Shown here: positions 39,505 to 51,332 of the stretch, piece by piece
Layout of the letters: every line of letters starts with the position of its first letter
How positions within the stretch are numbered: position 1 is the first letter of the stretch
Source: Octopus vulgaris
Lineage: Eukaryota
DNA: 64,000 nt
Assembly (NCBI GenBank): GCA_951406725.2
Contig: OX597818.1
Coordinates: 45,880,001-45,944,000, forward strand
Direction of reading: 5' to 3'
Notes under the pieces: model-generated
What the model was told of the DNA's origin: nothing
Database searches by the model: none
What the model saw: the letters and a program-made list of their open reading frames with translations, nothing else
Translations under genes and position numbers: made by a program

Positions 39505-40540
39505 CTTGCTCTGGCTGGAGCAGTAAAATAACAGCCAGGTTAGCAGAGCAATAAACACTATGGAGGCTGTCATAGAGACAGTCCTAATGAAGACCAATGA
39601 GAAGGGCAGCAGTACCACCAGCAGTGAAGATGAGGAAGATGATTTTTTCAGCAACATCACTTGGTTCCAGGGCAGCAAGAGCCACAGAACTTGGTGAAGG
39701 CCTGCCCGGAGGCCATCTTGAAGGATTTCCAGACAGAAGTCGTCATTTTGGGTGAGCAGGTTTTGATCGACCTGCTCACCAAATATAACACTACCATCCC
39801 GTCCAGTACTGCAGTTGAGCACCTATTCTCTACAGGCAAAGATATTTTGAGGGCCAAGAGAGCCACTCTGTCAGATGACAACTTTGAGAGACGGATGTTT
39901 ATGAAGGGCAACCAGTGATTGAGAAGACCCAGCCAGAGTAGTACACCTTGATCCTCATCTGATCTTGGCATGCTACACCTTTTTGGAAAGCTCTATGTCT
40001 AAGCTACAACATGACAATTTCAGCACTCTAGATCTGTTTTTCTTTTTTGTGGAGACGCAATGGCCCAGTCATTAGGGCAGCTGACTCGCGATCCTCCGAT
40101 CGCGGTTTCGATTCCCAGACTGGGCGTTGTGTGTGTTTATTGAGCGAAAACACCTAAAGCTCCACAAGGTTCCAGCAAGGGGTGGTGGCGACCCCTGTTG
40201 TACTCTTTCGTCCCAACTTTCTATCACTCTTTCTTCCTGTTTCTTGAGTAACACTGTGATGGACTGGCGTCCCGTCCAGCTGGGGGTGGGGAACACATAC
40301 GACACAGAAACCAGGTAACCGGGCCCATGAGCCTGGCTAGGCTTGAAAAGGGCCCATAAATAAAAAATAAATGATCTGCTTTTAGGAGATTTTAGAGCCA
40401 AAAAAATCAAACCGAAACTAAATTCATATGATAAAAGTTAGCGGTTATCATTTAGTGTTAGCTTCTGGTAATTTTTTTTTACCTATTTAGCAGTTTAGTG
40501 TTTGCGAAGCTAACGTTTTGGTTAGCTGTGCCCACCACTG
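39505..40540 (+). mobile_element. hAT transposon 3' part (dimerisation domain + right end), interrupted by a SINE
   Basis: KYNTTIPSSTAVEHLFSTGKDILRAKRATLSDDNFERRMFMKGN is the hAT C-terminal dimerisation motif (PSSAxxERxFS...R..LSD..FE). The right end is ...GTTAGCTGTGCCCACCACTG (40540); the SINE sits at 40051-40370. Confidence 0.8.
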
Positions 40541-40675
40541 CAAACAAACAACCAATTGGTTGTTTAGCCTGCACGTTAAACACAATTAATTAGTTAGTTG
40601 GTAAGATATTTAACAAACTAACAATGAAGTATTGGACTGAATTTTATTTGTGTTATTGTTATCAGCGTAGTGACC

Positions 40676-40744
40676 AGACAGACAGAGATAGATAGATAAC
40701 AGATAGATAGACAGACAGACAGATAGATAGACAGGTAGATAGAT

Positions 40745-40775
<31 letters not shown>

Positions 40776-40913
40776 AAGACAGATAGATAGATAGATAGTT
40801 AGAAAGAGAGAGAAAGACAGATAGATAGATAGATATAGATAGATAGATAGAGAGAGAGAGAGAGAAAGACAGACAGATAGGTAGATGATAGATAGATAGA
40901 CAGGTAGATAGAT

Positions 40914-40962
<49 letters not shown>

Positions 40963-41119
40963 TAGATAGTTAGAGAGAGAGAGAAAGACAGATAGATAGA
41001 TAGTTAGAGAGAGAGAGAAAGACAGATAGATAGATAGAGAGAGAGAGAAACACAGATAGATAGATATAGATAGACAGATAGATAGATAGATAGGTAGACA
41101 GACAGACAGGTAGATAGAT

Positions 41120-41162
<43 letters not shown>

Positions 41163-41286
41163 TAGATAGATAGATAGTTAGAAAGAGAGAGAAAGACAGA
41201 TAGATAGATAGATATAGATAGATAGATAGAGAGAGAGAGAGACAGACAGATAGGTAGATGATAGATAGATAGACAGGTAGATAGAT

Positions 41287-41343
<57 letters not shown>

Positions 41344-41668
41344 TAGATAGAGAGAGAGAGAAAGACAGATAGATAGATAGATAGATAGTTAGAGAGAGAG
41401 AGAAAGACAGATAGATAGATAGAGAGAGAGAGAAACACAGATAGATAGATATAGATAGATAGATAGATAGGTAGACAGACAGACAGGTAGATATATATAG
41501 ATAGATAGAGAGAGAGAGAGAGATAGATATAGATAGATAGATAGAGAGAGAGAAAGACAGATAGATATAGATAGAGAGAGAGAAAGACAGATAGATAGAT
41601 ATAGATAGACAGATAGATAGATAGACAGACAGACAGCTAGATAGATAGACAGGCAGGCAGACAGACAA
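40676..41668. repeat. Compound (AGAT)n/(AG)n/(AGAC)n microsatellite, ~1 kb
   Basis: Direct inspection; interruption motifs such as GATAGTTAGA and GACAGGTAGA recur in blocks. Confidence 0.95.
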
Positions 41669-42099
41669 AGTATACGTTGATGCGTATATAAACGTGTGTT
41701 TGTGTGTGAATTAACGTCTTGTCTCACTAACCTCTCATATTATTAAAATAGCTACCTTCATCATCATCATCATCATCATCGTTTAACGTCCGCTTTCCAT
41801 GCTAGCATGGGTTGGACGGTTCAACTGGGGTCTGGGGAGCCCGAAGGCTGCGCCAGGCCAGTTAGATCTGGCAGTGTTTCTACAGCTGGATGCCCTTCCT
41901 AACGCCAACCACTCCGAGAGTGTAGTGGGTGATTTTATGTGCCACCGACACAGGTGCCAGACGAGGCTGGCGAACGGCCACGCTCGGATGGTGTTTTTAT
42001 GTGCCACCGACACAGGTGCCAGACGAGGCTGGCAGACGGCCACGCTCGGATGGTGTTTTTATGTGCCACCGACACAGGTGCCAGATGAGGCTGCTAGAG

Positions 42100-43550
42100 A
42101 CAAATCAGTATATTGATCCCAACCAGGATAGATTTCGTGATACGCATTAGACTCAATCCTACTTTGAAGAAATTCGAAATGCTCCGAGAACGGACCCCAC
42201 CACGGATGTAATTTACTACTAAAGAGAGTGTGTGCGGCAGAACAGAACAGAACTTCAATCTGATCCGTACTGAGATTCGACGGGCGATAAAATTAAAAAC
42301 GATAAAAAAATTGAGCCCATCTGTTTCGAAAAGGAGTATACACACAGACAGATGTATTCTCTTCCTTCGGGAGAGCTCCTCTCCTCTTAGCGTCAAATAA
42401 TATCAGATACAGGTGTAATTGTGGATAGCAACATAAGCTGGAGTGCACACATCAGTATGGCCCGCAGAATGTGCTCGGAGATCCCTTGAACTTTCCAGTC
42501 TGGAGATCCTAATGTCAGAAAATCTTTCTCTTCTCGACGTTTTTTAGGTGTCACTTTGAACACTGTTGGGATCTTTTCGGTTTGAATGGCAGTTTTTAAC
42601 ATAATTTCTAGGTAACTAAAAAATTTTAAACTTCGTATACTGGTAGAATGTGTTTATAAAACATCTTTTTCTGATGTTTTCTTTTGACACATTCTACCAG
42701 TATACTAAGTTTCAAATTGTTTAGTTAACTAGAAAATTCCGTCCATCAAAAGGAAAAGATCCCTTTTTCTCGTGGTTTTATTGAGAAAATTCTATAGTTT
42801 GTAAGATATTTGTTGTTTTTTTTCTTCAATTTCTGCAATTTCAACCAATCACTGACGTCTATTGAGGTAAAAGAAACATTCTGTGCCGTATGAATATGTC
42901 CCTCGTTTAAGAAACAGATTGGGTTTATTTACATTTGTGCAAAAAAAAAAAGATACCCTTCCCCGCACCCCTAACTCTAAAACAGATTGAAATGCAATAG
43001 ATCGATACTAGGGTCATAATTATGGGTGACAATTTCATATGACACTGTAGAAAAAAACTGCCGTTCAAACCGGAAAGATCCCACTATTGGTTACTGTGGA
43101 GTGGGTCGTCCTACACAAAACAAAACATAATGAGAATAGCACCCCCAGACAAAAAGAGAGAGGAAATGGCGTGTCAGACTTGACTACAGAAATTACTTCA
43201 AAAAGCTCAAACTTATTCTCTGTTCTGCCGAGAGCGCTACACCATTTGTACAATGAGAAAACTCTTCCAAACGACGCTAATATCAATTTCGCAAGTCACC
43301 CAAAAGTCAAGGCACGTGTCATATGTCCTCAATCTCACATTATATAACACTGCGGCTTAACTGGGACTGCCTTGTTCAACATTATCCTGAAAGAAATAAA
43401 AGAAAAAGACCCTCCCCCACCCCCGTAAAATTCAAACAGTACCTGAACAAATTCCTCCAGGAGATACCAGAGACACCACTGATACATTTTGACAAACAAT
43501 CCCCCACTACTCGAGGATTGTAGATTATGACCTACAGGGTCATGTCATGG
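42100..43550 (+). pseudogene. Decayed CR1-like LINE RT 3' region, split by the MITE at 42569-43081
   Basis: NNIRD-GVIVDSNISWSAHI (~42395-42455) resembles the post-RT DLGVxxDxxL motif; FKQYLNKFLQEIP lies near 43430-43470. Confidence 0.55.
42569..43081. mobile_element. Merlin-like MITE
   Basis: ~29-bp TIRs GGATCTTTTCGGTTTGAATGGCAGTTTTT / AAAAACTGCCGTTCAAACCGGAAAGATCC and an 8-bp TSD CACTGTTG (42561-42568) / CACTATTG (43082-43089). GG termini with an 8-bp TSD fit Merlin. Confidence 0.7.
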
Positions 43551-43637
43551 GCCAATAATGGTCAAAACCTATATACTTTTTAGACCGACCGACAGACAGA
43601 CAGACAGACAGACAGGTAGGTAGGTAGATAGGTAGAT

Positions 43638-43676
<39 letters not shown>

Positions 43677-43735
43677 GGACAGACAGACAGACAGATACAT
43701 ACATATAAATACAAATGTGCGTGTGTGTGTGTGTG

Positions 43736-43767
<32 letters not shown>

Positions 43768-43982
43768 TATACACACACAAAATTTAGAGGACTGACCACC
43801 AATAGTGGACAGTCTATATGCTAGATATAGCGATTTTGACATCTATATCTAGCATATAGACTGTCAACTTTTAGTGGTCAGTCCTCTAACTTTTGAATGT
43901 AAAAAAATTGTTAATCTTTGGATTTTTAAAAATATGCTAAGCCACTGGTTTTAATTGATTAATATCAATTTCAACCCTTACT

Positions 43983-44042
<60 letters not shown>

Positions 44043-44288
44043 TGATTAATATCAATTTCTACCCTTACTTAATTATAAATATAGTTTGACATATAGTTTG
44101 ACATTAGTTTGTAAGCTGTGTTTATAAAAATAAAACTTAGGAATATTTTCTTTTAAGTTTTAGTTGCTTTTTGTTACCAACCCGGCTGAAACTGGCTCTG
44201 GCTCTGAGTACAAATGCCTTGTTTTTGTAAGTTTTGGATTAAAATCTTCCACCAAACCTTAGTCACAATTTATGTTCCTAACACTTGC

Positions 44289-44328
<40 letters not shown>

Positions 44329-44503
44329 TATCAATTTCTACCCTTACTTAATTATTTATATATATATATATTTACTTGTTGCACAAAAACCCTTTATTAT
44401 AATTATATAAATTTGTACCGAATATGGTCCTTTCCATACTGAAATTACTACTAGGTGAAATTTATTGATTTTATTAAATTAATTATATTTCACCCTTTAT
44501 CTG

Positions 44504-44587
<84 letters not shown>

Positions 44588-45176
44588 GAGACAGAGATAT
44601 ATTATTATTATCATTATTATTATTATTATTATTATTATTTGTGAAAAGTCTTATATGAAGTTCACCCGAAAGGCGAATTCATAACCGTGCTCTAGGTATT
44701 TGTAGTTCATAAATAAAGGTTAATATGTTTTCATGTCTCCTGAGATGCTTTACGTAGTCGATAGCTAAGTGGGAAAGCACGCATTGACAGTGCGGTCTGA
44801 TAATTTTTATCAGTTATGTAATTAAGTTTTTTGAAGTACCAAAAATGACATGAGTTTGTAAGCTGTGTTTATAAAAATGAAACTTAGGAATATTTTCTTT
44901 TAAGTTTTAGTTGCTTTTTGTTACCAACCCGGCTGAAACTGGCTCTGGCTCTGAGTACAAATGCCTTGTTTTTGTAAGTTTTGGATTAAAATCTTCCACC
45001 AAACCTTAGTCACAATTTACGTTCCTAACACTTGCTTAATGATAACTAAGTTATTTTACTAAATTCTTTGTTATATTTAAAGTAATTGAAAGACACACAG
45101 AGCATCTCAAAATAAATACAGTAACGAAAGGGTTAAATCCAGGTTTACAAATATATTTCCTATTTTAATTTTTTCC

Positions 45177-45432
45177 TTATATAAGCTATAATTATTTTTA
45201 AAAATAGAAAAGGAGTTATATAAGCTATAAATTTTTTAAAAAATAGAAAAAGGAGTTATATAAGCTATAAATTTTTTAAAAAATAGAAAAAGGAGTTATA
45301 TAAGCTATAAATTTTTTAAAAAATAGAAAAGGAGTTATATAAGCTATAAATTTTTAAAAAAATAGAAAAGAAGTTATATAAGCTATAAATTAAAAAAAAA
45401 AATAGAAAAGGAGTTAACATCAAGCTATAATC
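45177..45432. repeat. ~40-bp AT-rich minisatellite, ~6 copies
   Basis: Unit TTATATAAGCTATAAATTTTTTAAAAAATAGAAAAAGGAG. Confidence 0.9.
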
Positions 45433-46552
45433 TTCAGTGTTCCTTTAAATATATAAGAATCCGGGAAAATTATGTGTGTGTGTGTAGATTAGGGTTGATT
45501 GTATTTCTTCAATTGTTAATGAAAGTAAAATTATAAAAATGTGACAAAAGACAGGAGTTTAAAATGATATGTACTTACCGAGCACTTATGGTCCACTAAA
45601 CTTATGACAAAGTAACAAACTAGAACAGTTGTATCTAGCTACTGCTGATTGTTTCCAGCGATATGAATAAATAATCGATTGTGTGAGCTCATTCGAGAAA
45701 CAAACAAACAAAAATGTAGTTTATCTGATACTGTCAAAACTAATTTTCATTTCCTTTGGATCAATAAATGCAATCAACCGAGGGTGAAATATCAAAGTCT
45801 CGAAGTATTGTCAAAATTATTTCGAAAAGTTATGTTAAACGTACAGAAATCGTCTGTCGGTAGCTATTTCTAATCATTCATTATATATTAAGTGTTGTTG
45901 CTATTATTATCTGGAGTTCGATTAGTTGTTATGACAGTCGTTTCCAACACTTCCATTACTTCAACTCACTATCTCTATTAAGAGTGCACAGCATCCTTGT
46001 TTTGCACTTAGAGATACGAAAAGCTCCAGAGAAAAAAAAAAATCTTTTCTACTATAGGCACAAGGCCTGAAATTTGGAGGGGGGGACTAGTCGATTACAT
46101 TGATCCGCAATGTTTCACAGGTACTTAATTTATCGAACCCGAAGGCAGGGCCGGCCTTAACCGATTGTTCCCAATCGGGACCCGCACTCAAGAGGGCCAC
46201 ATTTTATACTGCGACATTTCATAAAGGTGGTCTTTCTGAAGTCTTTTTTTAAAATTATACATGGTCTTCCAAAAAAAAAAAAAAAAGGGAAAGAACCATA
46301 CTTTCTACACTTTAGCTACAAAAGATATCCAAAGCCAAACTCATTCATCCCAAAAGCCCCTGAATTTTGAAGAAATTTATTGTATGTGAATGTTTGGGAG
46401 TGTTTATGGGGATATTTTGGGTAAAATATTTGTGACTGTGAGAGGATGTATGTGGGTGAATTGTATGTATATATGAGTGTATATGTTTGTGTGTCAGTTA
46501 TAAATATGTTTAATTTTGGGGAAACTTCTTTTATTTCAATAAAGTGTATTAA

Positions 46553-46585
<33 letters not shown>

Positions 46586-47257
46586 CATACACGCAGTGGT
46601 TGTGTGGTAAGTAGCTCGTTTACCAACCACATACTTCCGGGTTCAGTCCCATTACGTGACACCTTGGTTAAGTGTTTTCTCGGGCCAACCAAAGCATTGT
46701 GAGTAGATTTGGTAGACGGATATATAGGAGAAGAAAAGTTATAAAAAGGCAGAATGCTAAATTGAAGGTACATTTTAATTTACCTTCATTCTGCCTTTTT
46801 ATAATGTTTCCTCTCCTATCATTTCTCCATGTGCGGTCAACACAACCCCACCATTTATTGATATATATATATATCATGGGAAACATGTATTTTTGTGGTT
46901 GAAACCTTTTGGATTTACTAGTGCTAGAGTGAGTCATATAGTGACCACTCTCTTATATTTATTTTTGTATAAAATATTATAATATATTATAAAATATTAT
47001 AATAATCCAGGTTTCTCGGGGCACTGGGCCACTTGGTGTTGAATAGATATACTATTAAATTAGTATCTAATTCTCTCACCCTTATTAATTAATTATAATT
47101 ATGCTACATTTATTTCTAAATGTAGTATTTGTTTCTGTGAAAGTTTGGCGCGCTGTTGGTAGGGGCATTTGAATTATAACGTCGGATGTAATCAATTGAA
47201 CCACACGTGTATTTATCGTTATGGTAAAATCTGGCGTGTGATTGAGTGGATTTCATC

Positions 47258-47352
47258 CAGATAGTTTTGGCTGAGGAGCTACAAGTGGATTTTTTGTGAG
47301 TAAAATTACATTTAATTCATTAATAGCGAAACAATTGTCCCAAAATAATCTG
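47258..47352 (+). ncRNA. Type I hammerhead ribozyme, array copy 1
   Basis: Helix I CAGATAGTTTTGG / CCAAAATAATCTG; core CTGAGGA (47271-47277); helix II GCTA...TAGC; GAAA (47328-47331); helix III AC-AATT-GT; GUC site with predicted cut after 47339. Confidence 0.85.
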
Positions 47353-47792
47353 TATTTTTGTTATTTTTTATTTGCCCTGTTCGTGTGAGCTAACAATCGT
47401 ACTGACTTTCATGGGAAACATGTATTTTTGTGGTTGAAACCTTTTGGATTTACTAGTGCTAGAGTGAGTCATATAGTGACCACTCTCTTATATTTATTTT
47501 TGTATAAAATATTATAATATATTATAAAATATTATAATAATCCAGGTTTCTCGGGGCACTGGGCCACTTGGTGTTGAATAGATATACTATTAAATTAGTA
47601 TCTAATTCTCTCACCCTTATTAATTAATTATAATTATGCTACATTTATTTCTAAATGTAGTATTTGTTTCTGTGAAAGTTTGGCGCGCTGTTGGTAGGGG
47701 CATTTGAATTATAACGTCGGATGTAATCAATTGAACCACACGTGTATTTATCGTTATGGTAAAATCTGGTGTGTGATTGAGTGGATTTCATC

Positions 47793-47887
47793 CAGATAGT
47801 TTTGGCTGAGGAGCTACAAGTGGATTTTTTGTGAGTAAAATTACATTTAATTCATTAATAGCGAAACAATTGTCCCAAAATAATCTG
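47793..47887 (+). ncRNA. Type I hammerhead ribozyme, array copy 2
   Basis: Same fold; CTGAGGA at 47806, predicted cut after 47874. Confidence 0.85.
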
Positions 47888-48327
47888 TATTTTTGTTATT
47901 TTTTATTTGCCCTGTTCGTGTGAGCTAACAATCGTACTGACTTTCATGGGAAACATGTATTTTTGTGGTTGAAACCTTTTGGATTTACTAGTGCTAGAGT
48001 GAGTCATATAGTGACCACTCTCTTATATTTATTTTTGTATAAAATATTATAATATATTATAAAATATTATAATAATCCAGGTTTCTCGGGGCACTGGGCC
48101 ACTTGGTGTTGAATAGATATACTATTAAATTAGTATCTAATTCTCTCACCCTTATTAATTAATTATAATTATGCTACATTTATTTCTAAATGTAGTATTT
48201 GTTTCTGTGAAAGTTTGGCGCGCTGTTGGTAGGGGCATTTGAATTATAACGTCGGATGTAATCAATTGAACCACACGTGTATTTATCGTTATGGTAAAAT
48301 CTGGTGTGTGATTGAGTGGATTTCATC

Positions 48328-48422
48328 CAGATAGTTTTGGCTGAGGAGCTACAAGTGGATTTTTTGTGAGTAAAATTACATTTAATTCATTAATAGCGAA
48401 ACAATTGTCCCAAAATAATCTG
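48328..48422 (+). ncRNA. Type I hammerhead ribozyme, array copy 3
   Basis: Same fold; CTGAGGA at 48341, predicted cut after 48409. Confidence 0.85.
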
Positions 48423-48861
48423 TATTTTTGTTATTTTTTATTTGCCCTGTTCGTGTGAGCTAACAATCGTACTGACTTTCATGGGAAACATGTATTTTTG
48501 TGGTTGAAACCTTTTGGATTTACTAGTGCTAGAGTGAGTCATATAGTGACCACTCTCTTATATTTATTTTTGTATAAAATATTATAATATATTATAAAAT
48601 ATTATAATAATCCAGGTTTTCGGGGCACTGGGCCACTTGGTGTTGAATAGATATACTATTAAATTAGTATCTAATTCTCTCACCCTTATTAATTAATTAT
48701 AATTATGCTACATTTATTTCTAAATGTAGTATTTGTTTCCGTGAAAGTTTGGCGCGCTGTTGGTAGGGGCATTTGAATTATAACGTCGGATGTAATCAAT
48801 TGAACCACACGTGTATTTATCGTTATGGTAAAATCTGGTGTGTGATTGAGTGGATTTCATC

Positions 48862-48956
48862 CAGATAGTTTTGGCTGAGGAGCTACAAGTGGATTTTTTG
48901 TGAGTAAAATTACATTTAATTCATTAATAGCGAAACAATTGTCCCAAAATAATCTG
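48862..48956 (+). ncRNA. Type I hammerhead ribozyme, array copy 4
   Basis: Same fold; CTGAGGA at 48875, predicted cut after 48943. Confidence 0.85.
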
Positions 48957-49396
48957 TATTTTTGTTATTTTTTATTTGCCCTGTTCGTGTGAGCTAACAA
49001 TCGTACTGACTTTCATGGGAAACATGTATTTTTGTGGTTGAAACCTTTTGGATTTACTAGTGCTAGAGTGAGTCATATAGTGACCACTCTCTTATATTTA
49101 TTTTTGTATAAAATATTATAATATATTATAAAATATTATAATAATCCAGGTTTCTCGGGGCACTGGGCCACTTGGTGTTGAATAGATATACTATTAAATT
49201 AGTATCTAATTCTCTCACCCTTATTAATTAATTATAATTATGCTACATTTATTTCTAAATGTAGTATTTGTTTCCGTGAAAGTTTGGCGCGCTGTTGGTA
49301 GGGGCATTTGAATTATAACGTCGGATGTAATCAATTGAACCACACGTGTATTTATCGTTATGGTAAAATCTGGCGTGTGATTGAGTGGATTTCATC

Positions 49397-49491
49397 CAGA
49401 TAGTTTTGGCTGAGGAGCTACAAGTGGATTTTTTGTGAGTAAAATTACATTTAATTCATTAATAGCGAAATAATTGTCCCAAAATAATCTG
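49397..49491 (+). ncRNA. Type I hammerhead ribozyme, array copy 5 (helix III C>T variant)
   Basis: CTGAGGA at 49410; GAAATAATTGTC gives a U-G pair instead of C-G in helix III; predicted cut after 49478. Confidence 0.75.
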
Positions 49492-49679
49492 TATTTTTGT
49501 TATTTTTTATTTGCCCTGTTCGTGTGAGCTAACAATCGTACTGACTTTCATGGGAAACATGTATTTTTGTGGTTGAAACCTTTTGGATTTACTAGTGCTA
49601 GAGTGAGTCATATAGTGACCACTCTCTTATATTTATTTTTATATATATATATATGTGTGTGTGTGTGTATATATATATG

Positions 49680-49716
<37 letters not shown>

Positions 49717-49742
49717 GTATGTGTGTATATATATATATATAT

Positions 49743-50955
49743 ATCATCATCATCATCATCATCATCATCATTTAGCGTCCGTTCTCCATGCTAGCATGGG
49801 TTGGACGGTTCAACTGGGGTCTGTGAAGCTGGAAGGCTTCATCAGGCCCAGTCAGATCTGGCAGTGTTTCTACGGCTGGATGCCCTTCCTAACGCCAACC
49901 ACTCCGTGAGTGTAGTGGGTGCTTTTTACGTGCCACCTGCACAGGTGCCAGACAGAGCTGGCAAACGGCCACGAACGGATGGTGCTTTTACGTGTCACCG
50001 GCACGGGGCCAGGCGAGGCTGGCAACGGACACGAACGGATGGTGCTTTTACGTGCCACCAACACGGGGGCCAGACAGAGCTGGCAAACGGCCACGAAACG
50101 GATGGTGCTTTTACGTGTCACCGGCACGGGGGCCAGGCGAGGCTGGCAACGGGCACGAACGGATGGTGCTTTTACATGCCACCGACACGGGGGCCAGACA
50201 GGGCTGGCAAATGGCCACGAACGGATGGTGCTTTTACGTGTCACCGGCACGGGGGCCAGGCGAGGCTGGCAACGGACACGAACGGATGGTGCTTTTACAT
50301 GTCACCGACACGGGGGCCAGACAGGGCTGGCAAACGGCCACGAACGGATGGTGCTTTTACGTGTCACCGGCACGGGGGCCAGACAGAGCTGGCAAACGGC
50401 CACAAACGGATGGTACTTTTACGTGTCACCGGCACGGGGGCCAGGCCAGGCTGGCAACGAACACGAACGGATGGTGCTTTTACGTGCCACCTACACGGGG
50501 GCCAGACAGGGCTGGCGAACGGCTACGAACGGATGGTACTTTTACGTGTCACCTGCACGGGGGCCCTGATGTTGATCGACCTCAATTTGGTTTGATCTTG
50601 ATTTTGACTGTTCTCACTGGTCTTGCCGGGTTTTCTCACGCACAGCATACCTCCAAAGGTCTCGGTCACTGGTCATTTCCTTGGTGAGACCTAAAGTTCG
50701 AAGGTCGTGCTTCACCGCCTCGACCCAGGTTTTCCTGGGTCTACCTCTTCCACAGGTCCCCTCAACTGCCAGGGTGTGGCACTTTCACACACAACTATCT
50801 TCAGCCATTCTCATCACATGACCATACCAGCGCATACGTCTCTCTTGCACACAACAACTGATACTTCTTAGGTTCAACTTTTCTCTCAAGGTACTTACAC
50901 TCTGTCGATTATGAACACTGACGTTACACATCCATCGGAGCATACTAGCTTCATT
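49743..50955 (-). mobile_element. 5'-truncated RTE LINE with an expanded ~60-bp minisatellite in the 3' UTR
   Basis: Minus strand RRMRWYGHVMRM...GRGRPRKTW...DRDLWRYAVREKTR*, then ~11 copies of a 60-62-bp unit (49920-50565), the common tail and (GAT)n. Confidence 0.88.
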
Positions 50956-50976
50956 TATATGCATGTATATTAATAA

Positions 50977-51055
<79 letters not shown>

Positions 51056-51219
51056 AAAAAGGGACAGGCAACAGGTTGCTTGACCGCATACCGAAAAAAT
51101 AGAAATAGCAGTCAAGAATGCTTATTTCTATCAAAGTTGGACTCCGGGCACGACAAACCCTGTAATTCACATATGCAAAACAGAAGGAATAGATAAGGAA
51201 AACGAAGTCTGGTGGTTAT

Positions 51220-51332
51220 CTGTGAACATCATGTTTCTGGATTATAAACATATTGAATATATATTTCATATATATTTTTGATATATATTTCATATACATT
51301 GCATATATATTTCACATCCTTCTTCAGCACAG
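51220..51332 (-). ncRNA. Type I hammerhead-like fold (minus strand) in a (TA)n-flanked element (~51050-51720)
   Basis: CTGTG-CTGAAGA-AGGAT...(83 nt in total)...ATCCA-GAAA-CA-TGA-T-GTT-CACAG. Helix I is 5 bp and the site is GUU; the first helix II position is an A-A mismatch. Confidence 0.6.

Larger units (their letters stand above)
46875..49640 (+). repeat. 535-bp tandem array (5 units + ~92-bp partial) with one hammerhead per unit: candidate retrozyme locus
   Basis: CATGGGAAACATG starts at 46875, 47410, 47945, 48480, 49014 and 49549. Only a few differences between units; flanked by (TA)n on both sides; no ORF. Confidence 0.95.

Noticed and set aside
40051-40125. tRNA-like sequence with A and B boxes
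   Set aside because: It is the head of a multi-copy SINE, not a complete tRNA cloverleaf.
49801-50687. Overlapping 216-264-aa ORFs
   Set aside because: They arise from the GC-rich ~60-bp minisatellite antisense to an RTE 3' UTR.
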